Positions 15,001 through 27,371 of a DNA stretch of 64,000 nt are shown piece after piece (positions within the stretch are counted from its first letter, which is position 1; every line of letters begins with the position of its first letter). The position numbers and the translations under genes are program-made. The notes beneath the pieces are model-generated. The model made no database searches. It was not told where the DNA came from and was given only the letters and a program-made list of their open reading frames with translations. This DNA is from Tubiluchus corallicola (Eukaryota > Animalia > Priapulida), in NCBI GenBank assembly GCA_030141605.1, contig JAQGDQ010000110.1, forward strand, positions 550,361 to 614,360. Direction: 5' to 3'.

Positions 15001-18000
15001 CAAATTGTTCCCTTCATGGGATCCTGAGCCAAGCCCAAAACTTTGCCAAATTTCTGCAAATAGTCCAATAATATAATGTTAGCTAGAAGTGAAATTCTTA
15101 ATATTTGTCAAAGTGAGGGATTAATTCATGAATAAGGGTGGATTAATCACACACTGATAATGCCTAAACCAATTTGCCACTAACGATAATTTCATAAATT
15201 ACCACGACTTTATAAAAAGGTTTTTTAAATTTACCTTTTTACTAAATTTTTTAAAAACTAACATGTTAAAGTGCTTCATGGTTATTTGCTATATTCTTAT
15301 ATTGGAGTTGAGAAATAAAGCCATGTGAACAAATGAATACTACTTCTGCTGATTCTCCCACTGCTGCTGCTGCTCTTACTACTACTACTACTTACCACTA
15401 CTGTTACTGTTACCATTGTTACTGTTACTACCCCCACCACTACTACTACAATCATGATTGCTATACAACGCTAAAATTGGTTTACGTATAAAATAGGCAG
15501 CATTTATTGAAACAGAATTTACAAATGTACATTTCATCATACTAGATTCACAAGTTCTGCAAACGACAGCTAATTCATTGAGTTGTTGCTTCTTTATTTT
15601 TATTTGCAATAAAATGTTGTAAGCATATATATGCTTCCAAAATAATATGAAAATTTCTGTTTTCATATTATAAAGTTCTATAACATGGAACATCTTTTTA
15701 AAAAAATGACTGCATATTGTCAATTGTACTAGTAAAACTCATAGTGTTCTATCAAAACTTACGTCACCAAAAGTATCTTCGTACACAAGCTGTTCATTTA
15801 GTACACATATTGCTTGTAATCTACAACAAAAAACCAATAGTTTCTCTAATACAAGATGTCGAGAATGACGCCAGTATGGCATATCTCAAGTTTAAGTGTT
15901 TTTAACTCTGTTTCCATGGATTTGCCCTTGCAAACTGGTTCTTGAATGTAAACGTAGTGTTAGGTTTGTATCTTAATCAATTACCCCATGTAATTGTAAT
16001 TTAAGTCTCTAGCATAGCTTGTATCATGCCATTTTGACCATGTAATTGGCTGAATTAGGCTTCTTTCATAGATATATATATATATATATATATACATATT
16101 ATACAGATTATAATTATATATACAGAAAAATTACTATATATAGTAATTTTTCTGTGCAAAGGCCCTAGCTAGCTAGCCAGGAGTCACATAGCGCTAAAAA
16201 ATTGCTATGTTTCTCTTTCGCTCATTATCGAGGATGACCGTGAGCACAGTTTAATTAGGTATGTCTAAAGTCTTTTTGTGTTAGACTTAACATATACATT
16301 TAATGATATAATGATTTCTCTTTACTAAAATGTAGAACTGAAGTGTAGGTCTATATAATAGGCCAGTAAACATTTATTTACTAAACACGTACTATTTACT
16401 CTTGTTTCATCATCACTGTAAATATCATCATTGTAAAAATGTAATATTCATCAATAATTATGTGCATATTTTAATTACTTGTTCTTGTTTTCGATATAAA
16501 AGTGAATACCGGTGAAATTCTTAAGAAGTTCCAGGCTGCTATCCTGTCACAAACAGTTCTGGGTCAAAAGAGTTACCAACACAAATACACAAGGCTACAA
16601 AGCATTATCTTTAATAATAATAATAATGATAATAATAATAATAATAATAATATAAAAGGGAATACCGGTGGAAGTTTGGAAAGCCTTAGGAGAAGAAGGG
16701 ATTGACATATTGCACCAACTGATGAGAGAAATAGTGGAGAGAGAGGTAATTCCAGAAAAATGGAGGGAAAGTACTCTGATACCGATTTTTAAAGAGAAGG
16801 GAGACATCCAGGACTGCAGAAATTATCGGGGGATTAAACTGATGTCCCACACCCTGAAACTGTTCGAAAGGATTCTGGATAATAGATTAAGACAGGTGGT
16901 ACACATAGGACAGCAACAGTTGGGATTCAAGACGGGACTTGGGAGCGGTTGACGGTATATTCGCACTTCAACAGAATACAGAGAAACACCAGGAAAAGCA
17001 AAGGGCGTTACATATAGCTTTCATAGACCTAGAGAAAGCATATGATAGGGTACCACGGCAAGAAGTGTGGAGAGGTCTGAGGGAGAGAGTACCAGAAAAA
17101 TATGTAAGAATAGTCCAAGAATGCTACAAGAACGTGACAACTAAAGTCCGGAGTACAGTTGGTATAACAGACAGTTTCCAAGTAAAAGTCGGCTTACATC
17201 AAGGATCGGCACTAAGCCCCCTACTGTTCAACATAGTGTTTGATGTCATCACAGAGAGTGTAAGGGAAAATCCACCATAGTGTGTTTTGTATGCTGATGA
17301 CATTGCTATAGTGGCTGAGAGTAGAGGAACACTGGAAGGAAAATTAGAAGCATGGAGAGCCGCTTTGGAGAGCAAAGGAATGAGGATTAGTAGATCCGAA
17401 ACAGAGTATCTTACGACAGACATGAATGGGGACCAACGAGAAACAATAAGATTGAATGGGGCAGAGTTGAAAAGAGTAAAGACCTTTAAGTATCTGGGAT
17501 CAATGATAGACGAGACTGCAGGAATGGAAAAGGAGGTGAATTTCAGGATTCAGTGTGGTTGGAATAACTGGCGAAAAGTTTCGAGTGTGATATGCGATAA
17601 GAGGATTCCAGCGAGATTTAAAGGTAAAGTTTCATTAAGCAGTGGTCAGACTCGCCCTAATCTATGGGTTGGAAGCAGTACCTCTAAAGAAGACCGAAGA
17701 GAAAAAAATGGATGTGGTGGAGATGAGGATGTTGAGATGGATGGTGGGAATAACAAGAAGAGATAAAATTAGAAATAGTAATATCAGAGGAACAGTGAAA
17801 GTAGTGGAAGCCTCGAAAAAGATACAAGAGGCAAGATTGCGATGGTATGGACACCTGAAAAGAAGAATCAGGGAAGATCATGTGGGGAGGTCGTGGAAAT
17901 GGAAGTGCTGGGAAATAGAAGAAGAGGAAGACCCAAGCTGAGATGGTTTGAATGTATTAATGGAGACCTTAGAGAGAAGAACGTAAACGAGATGGCCATC

Positions 18001-21000
18001 AACAGGAATGCATGAAGAAGACTCATTCACAATGGCGACCCTGCATAGGGAAAAGCTGGGAAGAAGAACAAGAAGAAGTTTTCGATATAAAAGTAAAAGT
18101 ACATACATTTAGAAAATTGTTACAAATTGAACTCAATTCAGTATTTGTTTATGTTGGAAATGTGAAAGTCATTGAATTCGGGGCTTTCAGCTCTCCCGCG
18201 TATTTTTTCAAGGATTCAAACTTTTTACATAAAATTAAAAAGTCAAAACATTCAATTCGTCTTAACAAAATTAAGCGTTTTATTTTTCAACTGCTAAAAA
18301 TAAGCGTTTTTGACACAGGATGCTGTTACGCTATCTGGAAAATGTCAATATACTTTTGCGGTGCAGATTTTGTTGTAAAGTCATTAAGAAATATCTCTTT
18401 CGTGGCAAAACAAGTATAGATACTTTATTAATGTATATAAAATATAAATGTAAACCAAAAAGGAATGGAGCACTTTTGCAAAAAGTGATAACCAACTTAG
18501 TACTGGCAAACTTAATTAAGGATATGCTTCTTCTAAAACTAGAGCTTAGCTTTGTGACATAGTGAAGAAACTTCAGAAATTGAGAATATTTACTATTTCT
18601 CGGTACATTTGCTAGGACTTTTTTAGATTGTGGATTAAGTGTTTTACCACCATGCCCCTCCTTACCTGTCTGGATATAAAATCAAGACATGGAATTGAGT
18701 AACGGCCAGAGACAGGGGGGAAGTTAAACTCTTGTCAGGATATGGCAACAGCTTTGTTTCCACGGTAACCGAGTGCAGGCCAGCAATGCCACTGTAATCT
18801 ATTTTGCCATGATATACTCCAGGACCTAAATATTATAACAAAAAGTTGAATTCAGAGTTCTTACTATAGATCAGTGATTCCTAACCTGGGGTACGAGTGC
18901 CCCTTGAGGGTACGAAACAGCAAAACCAGGGTAATGCAAAAGCTGTGTCGTGCAACATGTCAGAATGTTCTTTTTTGTCATACAACGTACACCTATGGAG
19001 TACAAATTTTATGGGAGTGACTGCCTCGTGGTATGAGAAAAGAGTGTGTTACAAAATTTAAATCTTTAAACATCCTTAAACATCATGATTGTTTGTATTT
19101 TAAAAGGTTATTCCTTTTGCGTTTTTCGAGTAATTCATTGAGCACTGCCAGGCATTATAACCGGCTTAATTTATTATGTAAAATAGACGTTTGGCGCAGC
19201 GAATGCATTGACGGATTATGGTAAGCGAGGTTGGCGGTTTTCGGAAAAGCTCACATCAACGAGGCGGCCTTTGAGGCTACTTCACAGTTCAAATGCAAGT
19301 TCGTCTTCTGATTTGCATCCGATCGCCTTTTTTTCCTTGCATTTTGTTCTTGAATTTGGTGTTTCGTTTATCGGTTTTGCGTGTATAGTTAAATCATAGT
19401 AGTAAAAAGACGTTTTCTTGAAACTCATATGCTAAAAATGTTAAGGGGTACGTGACAGATTGCTGAATCTTGAAAGGGTACTTGGCTAGTAAAAGATTAG
19501 GAGCCACTGCTATAGATCACATGTCAACGGGCAAACTTTACAAAATTACTAGTTATACAAGTGATAATTTTTTAACTGTTTACAAAGCTAATGTTTTCAA
19601 CAAATTACAAATTTAATGTTGATATTTGCTTGCTGTTACTGATGTATAAGACATTGTTATACTGATAGTTTGAAGCAAATAGCTCAAAAGCAATGTCACA
19701 ACAATGAAAACTGATGGCAAATTAGCTACATAAGCAGAATAATATAACAGAGTCTCAAAAAGCTCTCAAATGAAGAAAAATTTCATAATAAACTGAAAAA
19801 AAGGAAAAAAGAAAACATGTTTTTAACTAACATTTATTTTTCTTACTTTAGTTTAGTTTAATTTAAAAAATCAACAATGAATGTTTACGAGATATACACA
19901 GTAAATTTATTATAGTTTCACAATCAGAAATTAGAGAAAGTTTACTGAGCATATCTCACAAATGTTCACTAGTACTTTTTTTAAGAATGAATTTCAATTA
20001 ATCTTTAAATATCTCTGCAACTGATTTGTTTATTCTTATTACATCCGCTCATTCATTATTATACAATTTCACTTCAGAGATACTAAGAACTTTATACAAA
20101 AACTAAAACTATCAATCTCATGAATCTATTTATGCATATGATCATCTTACAGGGTCAAATCACATTCTTTCAGCATTCAAGTCCATGTTAACCTGTATTT
20201 TTTGCATTAACAATTTACAACTGTTTTTAACTCAGAGTAATGTATAACTCGATTGACTTAGTTGATCGTTTACATACCTATCATCCAAGAGAAGGTTTTT
20301 GGTTCACCGGGTGTAGTCTGAGAAGCCTGCTCCCTAGGCGCATAAAATAGCAGCTGACTGTAACCAAAATCACCAGGAAACTCAAGAAATTGCTCTACAA
20401 TAAGGAATAACAGGTTCAGCATCAAAAATTATATGATTGCAAATGAAATAATATTCGTGTTTCTGCTAATGCACTTAAATTCACGGACACACTGATTTGA
20501 CTATCAGTATTACATTACGATCATCATTGAATTTGCTCACATTTTCATAGTACACACTTTACGTTATTATGATGTGTGAGGTACAGAGCTAAATGACAGA
20601 ACGCTAGTGAAGCTGGTCATTTAATGAATGGGTGAATCACTTCGATTCCTGCTCTGGGCTATTTTCTTTGTCATGCTGATTCTGGCTGTTTACACCTTGT
20701 GGAAGGAGGATTTACTTTAAAGATACAGCCTTGATAATGAGCGAGGTTCTGATTTCACCACAACCATCGAATCTGAGTAGGACCTAGCATTGAATGCTGG
20801 CTGGCTTGCAAATTGTATAGTAAATTTTTTTTGACAACTTTTGCCAATGTTTGTCATAAAGTAAAAATCATGATTATGGAAATGATAAAGGTTATAATAC
20901 GAAAGCAGAAAAGAAAGAAAGAATTAATCACCTACGCTTGAAGTCAACTTTCTATTGTCAATCATGTCAAACTTACGTAATAACAAACATAAAAAATATA

Positions 21001-24000
21001 GCACATAAAACATAATTATTTATATGTATTGAAACAGGCAAACTAGTCTGACTTGATGATGAGATCAAATCATGACCTGTCATCAGATGGGAAGTAGACA
21101 AGCAGAGATGCTTTACTGTTATCAAATGAGCACGTAGTGTTTCATAATAGGGCAAACTGCTCAGCATATTGAAAATACCCCACTGCGAACTACCTACCCT
21201 GATAAGTCATAAAAGTGGATTATTAAAAAGTGCTTTCAAAAACAAATAACATATAAAATGATAATCAACTGTACCTGGAGTAATTTCGTAATACTTAAAA
21301 ATACTGAGCAAAAGTGGCGGTTCGCTGGAACTTGGCACTGTGCCAACAAACTGATACAAACGTCTGCAAAGTACAAAAAACAAGTGATAAAAAATCCTAA
21401 TCCATTCAGTAGTACCAAGCATTTTATTCAGTAAATAATAATGTGCAGTAATATATATTTAAAAATATCAAAGACACCATCAAGTAACATTTTGAATAAA
21501 ATTAAAGAAAAAGAAAGCTTTCTTAGTCATTGGTATTTAATATGCCAAACTACATAGTTTCAACTAAAAGGTGCCTATTACATGTTACTCTTTTACCAGA
21601 AACCTACCCTGCTGTGGTGGCCATGATGTAGTATTTAGTTTCTGTCATGGACTCATGTGGTATTTTCCCAAATTCTAGTCCAGTTAATGGCACAGCTGCC
21701 TCTTCTCTCACTCGGTACACCTGTAATCAAGTTGCAAAAAATAAATATCTTGAAGCTAGATAAATATCTTGAAGCTCTTACTTTCCCCAGATCAGTCTCA
21801 GTCTAACAAGTGTTTTCGATGTGTGTATTAGGAATTTTTACTGTAAAATTAGCTCCAAAAGGCACCAAATTAGTCATTGTTGCAGTATAATTGACAAGTA
21901 AGAGCTAAATAAAATACATTCTCAAAATATCAACTATATAGAGCCATCCAGACAAAGAAACTTTTTCTCAAATTAACTCTCCTCTCCCCTTCATCCAGGT
22001 AGAAGCACCTGTAAAAGAGATCCACATCATCCTATAGGAAAGTTTCTCCTCTTTCCAAAGTACTATAAATTCCCATAAGAGGTACGGAAGTGGGGCTGAC
22101 AAGCCGCTGGAGTAGCAGTGTCTAGTTTTTTTTTGCTGGATTACGGCTGCGTTTACTTTAGCTGAAGGCAGATTTCTTTTATTTTAGAATTCTGCCTGCC
22201 CAATGTCTACAATATACGTGACGGCGTATGATGATGATGATGATAAGAGGTACCCGCTGACTACCAAAGCATGCTTTTTCTACATGTGTTCTAGCACTGA
22301 GAGTGGCCATTTTTGAAGGTTTTTCACCCTCTGTTCTGAGAGGAGTGCCGTGTAGGGAAAACATTCTAGCGTTGCTTGGCAGGTATCTTAGAAAGAAATT
22401 ATTAGCGCTTTGGAAATAGAAGAAACCTTTCTACACGATGATGTGAGTCTCTTTTACAAATACCTCTATCAGGATAAAGGACTACAAGTTAGTTTTTGAA
22501 ATGTTTTTTCTGGATTGACTGCTAAAATAATTTTTATTTATAAATACAGTTACAGTTGCCATATATTTTAGAACTAATATGAAATAGTACCTGTTTAAAA
22601 TACTGCTCCAGGCTTGACTGAAACAAGTAATGATCATCTGATGTTGCTAGTTCAGTTTCAAATATAAGCCCTATAATGGAAGTCAAAATCAAAATGGGTA
22701 AATTTTGCATGTCTAAACTGGCAGAAATTTTTTCATTACAGCATTTAAATCAGATTATTATAAAAAGCTAAACTTTTAATAAAGAGATTTAGGTGGGTCA
22801 AACCTGCTGCTCTCAAACAGTTGCGTTTAACTGCCGAAACTGTATTAATAATGACAGTCGATATATGTATAAAAGTCTCTTTTATAAATTACAAGTGTAT
22901 GTAGCACTTACAATTAATGTAACAAATTGAAAAACTCATGTGGGTTCCTACCATCAGTTGTTCCGATCAACACGGGACCAGTTACGTGTTCCTGCACGTT
23001 CTGACGATTCCAGCCAATTGCTGAGATGATATTACCCTATAATCAACAAGTTCAAACAAATCTAACACAATAATTATAAACAAAATTAAAACACCATAGA
23101 CAATATGGACAATCTTACTATACATATGGATGCTTTGAATATGGATTTAAAAGCTCAGCCAATATCAGAATACAATGAGCTCAAAAGCTTGAAATTTTGT
23201 TGAAAAGATACTACCCCAGCTTACATGCCAATGAATATGAAAATGCCTGCATAAAAGTAAGTCTAAAATTTTTTAGTGCATTGCACTTCTTTGTAAAAAA
23301 CATCTACTATGCAGTAGCATCTGCACAGAGATGATACATTTTTTGGCTTCTGTTGTCATATTTACAAAACCAACATCGTTTTCAAAATCATTTTTGACAG
23401 TTAGTTTGAATCCATCATACAAACAGTTTGAGGAATTATTGCAATTGAAACACAGAATTACAGAATTAGCAATGAAAGCCCATACACTGGTGTACACGAA
23501 TCACAATGCTACAAATGCATAATTATTCTTATTATTAAATCTTATTACTCTAATTAAATGAAGACAAAAAAGCCTTATTACATATAAATTAATAATAGTG
23601 GTGAAAATGTCTTATTCATCTTCCTCCGGTTAGATTAAATTGACAATTCAGAACTTACAATAGAATTTATTACACAGATACATCACAGATACATTACAAA
23701 TACACTCCAATACTTAAGAAGTGTGGCATGCATACAACTAAACAAAAGATATTTGATTTAATGTTGTAAAACCATTTCAAGCTTTTTTCGTGTTTTAAAC
23801 AGTCTAGCGCACTGCAACAAACCTTCATTTTAGCAGCAAGCTTAACTTTCTTGGAATTTTTTGACAGATATAGAACTTCTGTGGATGTTTCCATGCTGAT
23901 CAAGAGATGGCGTCCTGTTGGATCCAGAAACATTTTGTAAATTTTGTCAGACGGCAGGCGTCCAATATCAATCTCTGAGATAAAACAAACTTAAGTTTAC

Positions 24001-26676
24001 AATCCAGAATGGAGCAAAAAATAAAAATTGACCAAAAATATCAGTTCCTTAGTTGTTTAACAGTTGATTCTTTTCATTTAGATTTTTCTACAAAGTAGAT
24101 CAATTTTTGTTTCGAATTTTAGTAGTATATACGTATTTGTAACTGATGATGAAGCCAGTTGGCTTTCAGATGTTTTTGAGTACTATGTATATTAAAGCTT
24201 TAGCCTTAATTGTTAGGTTTTTGGTTATAATTTTTACATGCTAGTAAAGGTACTAAGTGCACATTTTACTAATTAATAACAAAACTAGCTTTTATTTTTT
24301 AGTACAACATAGCGAACACTTGGCTTTTTTTAATACAGATATATTCATTACCTTCGGGCTGGTCTGGTTGCGTTAGATCGATACGCAGCAGCAAATTATT
24401 TGCCATCGCCATTACCAACGTATTGTTGCTCACTACTAAGAAAGTTATTGACTGAGGAGGCCTGGAATTATAACAATTATACACAATCAACATTTTTCAA
24501 AAAAAAAAAGCAAGGCGACATGCTGTATGCGCGTGGCATTCCTCGCTTAATCATATACCTCTGATGCCGAATTGCTCAACATCTTAAAATAAAATTTGAG
24601 GATGTTCAATAGAATTACATGTAGTCTGAACTGTGAAAGTCTTGAAATGAAATGAGCTCTGACCAACCACTCTTCTATCAATGCTTTGCTTACTGGGATC
24701 ACTGGCTGTCTAACATACTGCCTCTGCCTTATGTGCTTACTGGGATCACTGGCTGTCTAACATACTGCCTCTGCCTTATGTATGTCATAGCAACTATGTC
24801 CTTATGGCAAGTTACCGTATCACATAAAAGTGTTAGAACTATTTTAAAGGTTAACAAATTAGAAATATGACTACGCTGTAAGAGAAAATAGCATTTTGGT
24901 GAATACACTGTTCTGTGTAAAACTGACAATGACACGTTTAAATGGTAAATAGCAACAAGCCTGTTTAAAGATGTGCATGATAACACTGAAACATTAAATT
25001 AAGAATTAAAATAATGCAAATAATATATTTCATCGTACTTGAAATTTATTCGCTGTCTATTGAAGATTGGAATATCGGGCTCAGTTGTTGTGCTCAGGAA
25101 ACCTGTAGACATCTGTAAGCAGAACAGAAAGGTCTGCATTTAAACTGAATTATTTGTGCACTTAAAGCTAAAGTTAAAAGATGACTTAATAAGCTAGGCA
25201 GTTTTCGGGAATGGTGGTTTGCTTGTTTAATTTTTGAATTTATTTAACGGAAAAAGCGGAAGAGCTAGACTGATATTTAAGTTTTGCCCCATGTTCAAAA
25301 ACCTAATCTTTGCTGCAAATAAATGTGAAATTGCTAGTATTACATCTTTCTATGTGGCTGTATTGTTTAGCTAAAGAAAAACCAAGAAATGGTGAATAAA
25401 ATACCTGAATAATTATTAAACAAAATTACATAATGATATTTACAATGAAACGGTTAGGCAGACAATAAAAATAACCCTGTTTCCAGCTAATCACCCGGGT
25501 AATATTTTTTACTGCACTCCAAACCGAAAATATTATCATATTTTTAAAGTTCATATACTTACCCGACACAATCATATAAAATGCAAAACTTAATAATGCA
25601 AAACGTAATAATTATTATAACGTCGTTTTTTGGCAAGGACGTAGCCATGTTTTTCTACAGCTAACTCTTGGCCAGGGTTGCCATTTTATGAGATGCTGAT
25701 TATCATAACAGAGACTAAAAAGTATTGCACTTTCCACAAAATCAGCCTATTAACGGCTGAATAGTATTGCCTCCTATACGGTATTTATCAGAACATAGGT
25801 TCATACCGTACAAAAACAGACTATACAATAATCGATAATTTAATATATGATAATTTAGTAATGTGAAACAAAAAACTAAAAACAAAGCATGGAAAAATGT
25901 GCATTGAAAAAATGTAAAACATTGCTGCTAATCACTGGGAAAGAACAAACTTTGATTTTACCTAATATTAAATATTCCACTGTTCAGTTTTACACATTCA
26001 CAAAGTTTTATCCTCCCTCCCTACTGGCATCATTTGAGCTCATTAGGCAAGGCAGAAATATTTTTTGTGGCCAGCTTTAAGTAGATTAGTTACACAAATA
26101 CAACAATAGTTTTTTTACCCACTACATTTTGATAATAAATGGCCTATCTATGTTTTAGTAAGATAAAGTTAGTACATGATATGGCGAACATATTTACTCA
26201 AAACTACATCATAAATTAAATGTTTACAAGACTACATGATATAACAAATAATAACAATAGGCCATACCTAGTTATGTGGACCTTAGTATAATATATCGTC
26301 AATAAAAAGCCGCTGGGTGATAATATAGGGCTACTATGTTAACTGGACCTAATACAGGTTGAGAACAAATAATATAAACTTCAGAAGAAACCCATTAGAA
26401 ATAGAATAGATAGTTCGAGGGGTAATTAGGCAAAACGCAAAATAATACGATGTACTGAACAGGCTTATGCAGGAAAATTTAAATGCTCAATAGTTAATCT
26501 GTGAAGAAATGTGAAAGTGTTAAACTGACTCAATCCCTGCTAAATATTGAGCTAGTAACAACAAATACAACAAATTAGTTGTTTAAGATACATACAGGTT
26601 GAACACGTTCCTGTTTCTGACTCGAAGCTGCAGCACGAGCCGCCGCTTGCTCATACTGGTCCAATAATGAAGCCAT
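1..26676 (-). CDS. VPS18: Vacuolar protein sorting-associated protein 18 (HOPS/CORVET core subunit), multi-exon, 3' end beyond the window
   Basis: GT-AG exons read on the minus strand: 26596-26676 (MASLLDQYEQAAARAAASSQKQERVQP), 25039-25112 (PIFNRQRINF), 24352-24461, 23823-23974 (KMFLDPTGRHLLIS), 22952-23036 (AIGWN..TGPVLIGT), 22591-22670, 21608-21720, 21275-21363 (RLYQFVG), 20278-20394, 18666-18825 (LAVTQFHVLILY), 15763-15820, 14950-15053, 14340-14400 (DVWQMYL), 13768-13832, 13473-13608 (SFEEVALKF), 13121-13273 (TLLVTWLIEIYL), 12417-12510 (LIASHGD), 11092-11342 (LFYKYSP), 5842-5994 (AIHNYLLSLYA), 4702-4833 (YDLKYALR), 2949-3033 (LRKKLWLKI), 2223-2350 (KIEDILPFFPDFVTIDHFK), 1306-1427, 1-81 (DKCSACNYPILTRAFYLFP, start of the RING). 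The peptides are collinear with VPS18 as I recall it. Confidence 0.96.
758..1257. mobile_element. Kolobok-like non-autonomous DNA transposon (MITE)
   Basis: TTAA|AGGTCAAAT ... ATTTGACCT|TTAA: inverted termini with TTAA on both sides (754-757, 1258-1261); no ORF. Confidence 0.7.
2463..2705 (+). mobile_element. Possible degenerate tRNA-derived SINE
   Basis: GC-rich island in an AT-rich intron; begins GGTGGCCCAGTGG (A-box-like), with GGTGGGAACTCC (degenerate B-box-like) about 35 bp later. Confidence 0.3.
3589..3712. repeat. Two tandem 60-bp units with internal palindromes
   Basis: GCTGAAGCTGAGTCAGTTGCTA.TACATCAGCTGACTCA.ACA.TAAATCAGCTAGCT at 3589 and 3649; each unit contains the inverted pair TGAGTCAG...CTGACTCA. 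Confidence 0.85.
3843..4357. mobile_element. pogo/Tigger-like (Tc1/mariner) MITE
   Basis: Termini CAGTAGTACCTC ... GAGGTATGACTG followed by TA; GAAAACCGA motif near both ends. Confidence 0.6.
6144..6698. mobile_element. Kolobok-like non-autonomous element, copy 1 of 3
   Basis: AAGGAAAC ... GTCTTCTT|TTAA ends; the body (GACTTACGTGAAAGAATTA..CACTAGCGCCTGCATTTCGGAA) recurs at about 44695-45211 and 54517-54800. Confidence 0.7.
7588..9264 (+). CDS. DEG/ENaC (ASIC/FaNaC-like) amiloride-sensitive cation channel subunit; intronless CDS nested antisense in a VPS18 intron
   Basis: Motifs EFAENASMHG (HG gating motif), RRIIWSLL-TM1, FPAVTICN, GNCFT, Cys-rich thumb (CLITCLQSYVVKYCGC, CDCPQSC) and TM2 AEFGGLAGLYLGFSILGMIE. 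The probable start is the ATG at 7588, just after an acceptor TTTGCAG (7571); the ORF track's GTG start at 7543 is unlikely. Confidence 0.93.
   Translation: MPALEKLKEFAENASMHGVGSISRSKSIIRRIIWSLLTIASAVFIMYVLIVLLTQYFSYNIVKQMSSEYREAIVFPAVTICNANVEHSGHLHDAITLGYENYSQNTKVPCNFADICTESDEGCEIVGKVDATGFLNECTIGGTTDFLPNITHYYNGHWLNEMISECKLGNKQNVQNDKICRLSQRFTHHILGNCFTIFISDKPDAKLPYMTMSLDGTSKLKMVVNVGLEHYSILSRYWHYRQAGISYAIHPPQYMPVVPSEFNFALIGTHLRSTVQITESNLEPGAGNCTPDSDLDKKNDAYKTQFGVSYQQKTCLITCLQSYVVKYCGCEPGLAPRTTASNLISCDTKCQTPVSGFDADLCCQEDYTTVTIAEAKCDCPQSCHIVYYDISTDRFGEGSWNKKEIVKSLVASSIVNEFNATDSDEIGPDNIHYNDIVTALESVGCNLTLEDCFPLNMSIYDHSSYHNYLTDIKHPHSEYTAVVTLEVALSPNPVTVIKDVYEYSLLQLGAEFGGLAGLYLGFSILGMIEVLELVIDLISAPFGHGNDRKDEVKNINVN
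9755..10720 (+). mobile_element. Decayed RTE-X-like LINE, 3' fragment
   Basis: Broken translation ASRSFLKVGR*IPNAVVACEMG ... NKLRMYKLFK ... LAKFRCGVAQIRLETGRYKGLPED*KLRLLCN ... ELHVLTECELYQDIR (C-terminal Zn-knuckle region); ends AATAAAACAATAAAATCCAAAAAAA. Confidence 0.75.
11508..11580 (+). pseudogene. tRNA-like sequence (tRNA pseudogene or SINE head)
   Basis: GCCTCTGAGGTGTAGTGGTTAGCATACCTGCCAGGATAGCAGAAAGCCTGGGTTCGAATACCAGTGGAGTGCA: A box, B box GGTTCGAATAC, T stem CTGG/CCAG, CTGC/GCAG arm with non-canonical loop CAGGATA, then TTTTT. Confidence 0.6.
12925..13078. repeat. About 41-bp minisatellite, 4 copies
   Basis: Unit TTGGTTATAA.CAGATTTTTTTATAATCGGATGGCAAAAAAT repeated. Confidence 0.85.
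15360..15450. repeat. Compound (CTG)n/(CTA)n microsatellite
   Basis: Direct reading. Confidence 0.8.
16504..18077 (+). mobile_element. RTE-clade LINE, 5'-truncated, reverse transcriptase with a few frameshifts and one stop
   Basis: IPEKWRESTLIPIFKEKGD..CRNYRGIKL, AFIDLEKAYDRV, GLHQGSALSPLLF, YADD, FKYLGS, RLRWYGH; (GAA)n tail; 17-bp TSD GTTTTCGATATAAAAGT at 16487-16503 and 18078-18094. Confidence 0.93.
16515..16649 (+). mobile_element. Short retroposed insert with (AAT)n tail, nested at the RTE 5' junction
   Basis: Flanked by a 21-bp duplication ATATAAAAG(T/G)GAATACCGGTG at 16494-16514 and 16650-16670. Confidence 0.7.
18872..19509. mobile_element. hAT (Charlie/Buster-type) MITE
   Basis: TIRs CAGTGATTCCTAACCT ... 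AGATTAGGAGCCACTG; perfect 8-bp TSD CTATAGAT at 18864-18871 and 19510-19517; subterminal GGGTAC repeats. Confidence 0.9.
21984..22482. mobile_element. Old foldback element or MITE with about 90-bp diverged inverted arms
   Basis: TCCCTTCATCCAGGTAGAAGCACCTGTAAAAGAGATCCACATCATC.. (21986-22072) is an imperfect reverse complement of 22395-22482 (..GATGATGTGAGTCTCTTTTACAAATACCTCTATCAGGATAAAGGGA). Confidence 0.7.
24688..24781. repeat. 48-bp tandem duplication
   Basis: GCTTACTGGGATCACTGGCTGTCTAACATACTGCCTCTGCCTTATGT present twice, identical. Confidence 0.9.
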
Positions 26677-27371
26677 TTTATAACTATACGAACGGGTATT
26701 TCATTTAGGTCATATCGGTTACGCGGATTACTTTGCCTTTCAAATAGGCCAACAATTCATACCAGGGATAGCGCTCTGACCAGTTGCTGTGACACAAAAC
26801 AATGATAAGGCTTTCACATTAAAGCAAAGTTAGCACGGAGCATTATCTTAAAATAAAATCTGGTGCCCGTGCGATTATTATATACATCAAACAGGCATTT
26901 CTGATTAAAGGTAAGACCATGATTAACTGTCTGTAAATTCACTAACAAATCCAGAACCGCTATTCCCAGTCTAGTTTTCAGTTTTCATCGCGGCAGAGTA
27001 TGCAATAACAGAAATCTTCAAAATTGAGCGTATAAGACTGAAAAAGTGAACGATTCTTCTTGACGACTGCAGTTACCTTAGTCATCTTCACCAAAAGTAG
27101 TTGCTAAGAATATAAATCGACAAAAATTAATGATAGATGCGTTTGTTTCATTTTGTGGAACACTACAGGTTTATATATTTTTTGACGGTCTCGTTATCTA
27201 TTTCTTCAAGAAAAAGTTTACGACAAGTACTTGTCGTATACAATCAGCAAAGAATCTGTATACCTCACACTAATTGTTAAGAAAACTTCTTTAAAAGGAA
27301 AGTCACAAAAACTTTTTAAATAATGATGATGATGATGGAAATGTGGAACAAACGTCTAGCAAGACAACACA

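Noticed and set aside
24145-24180. CTGATGA followed by a small hairpin, as a possible Penelope-type hammerhead ribozyme
   Set aside because: The required GAAA after stem II is missing (it reads CAGAT) and I found no stems I or III.
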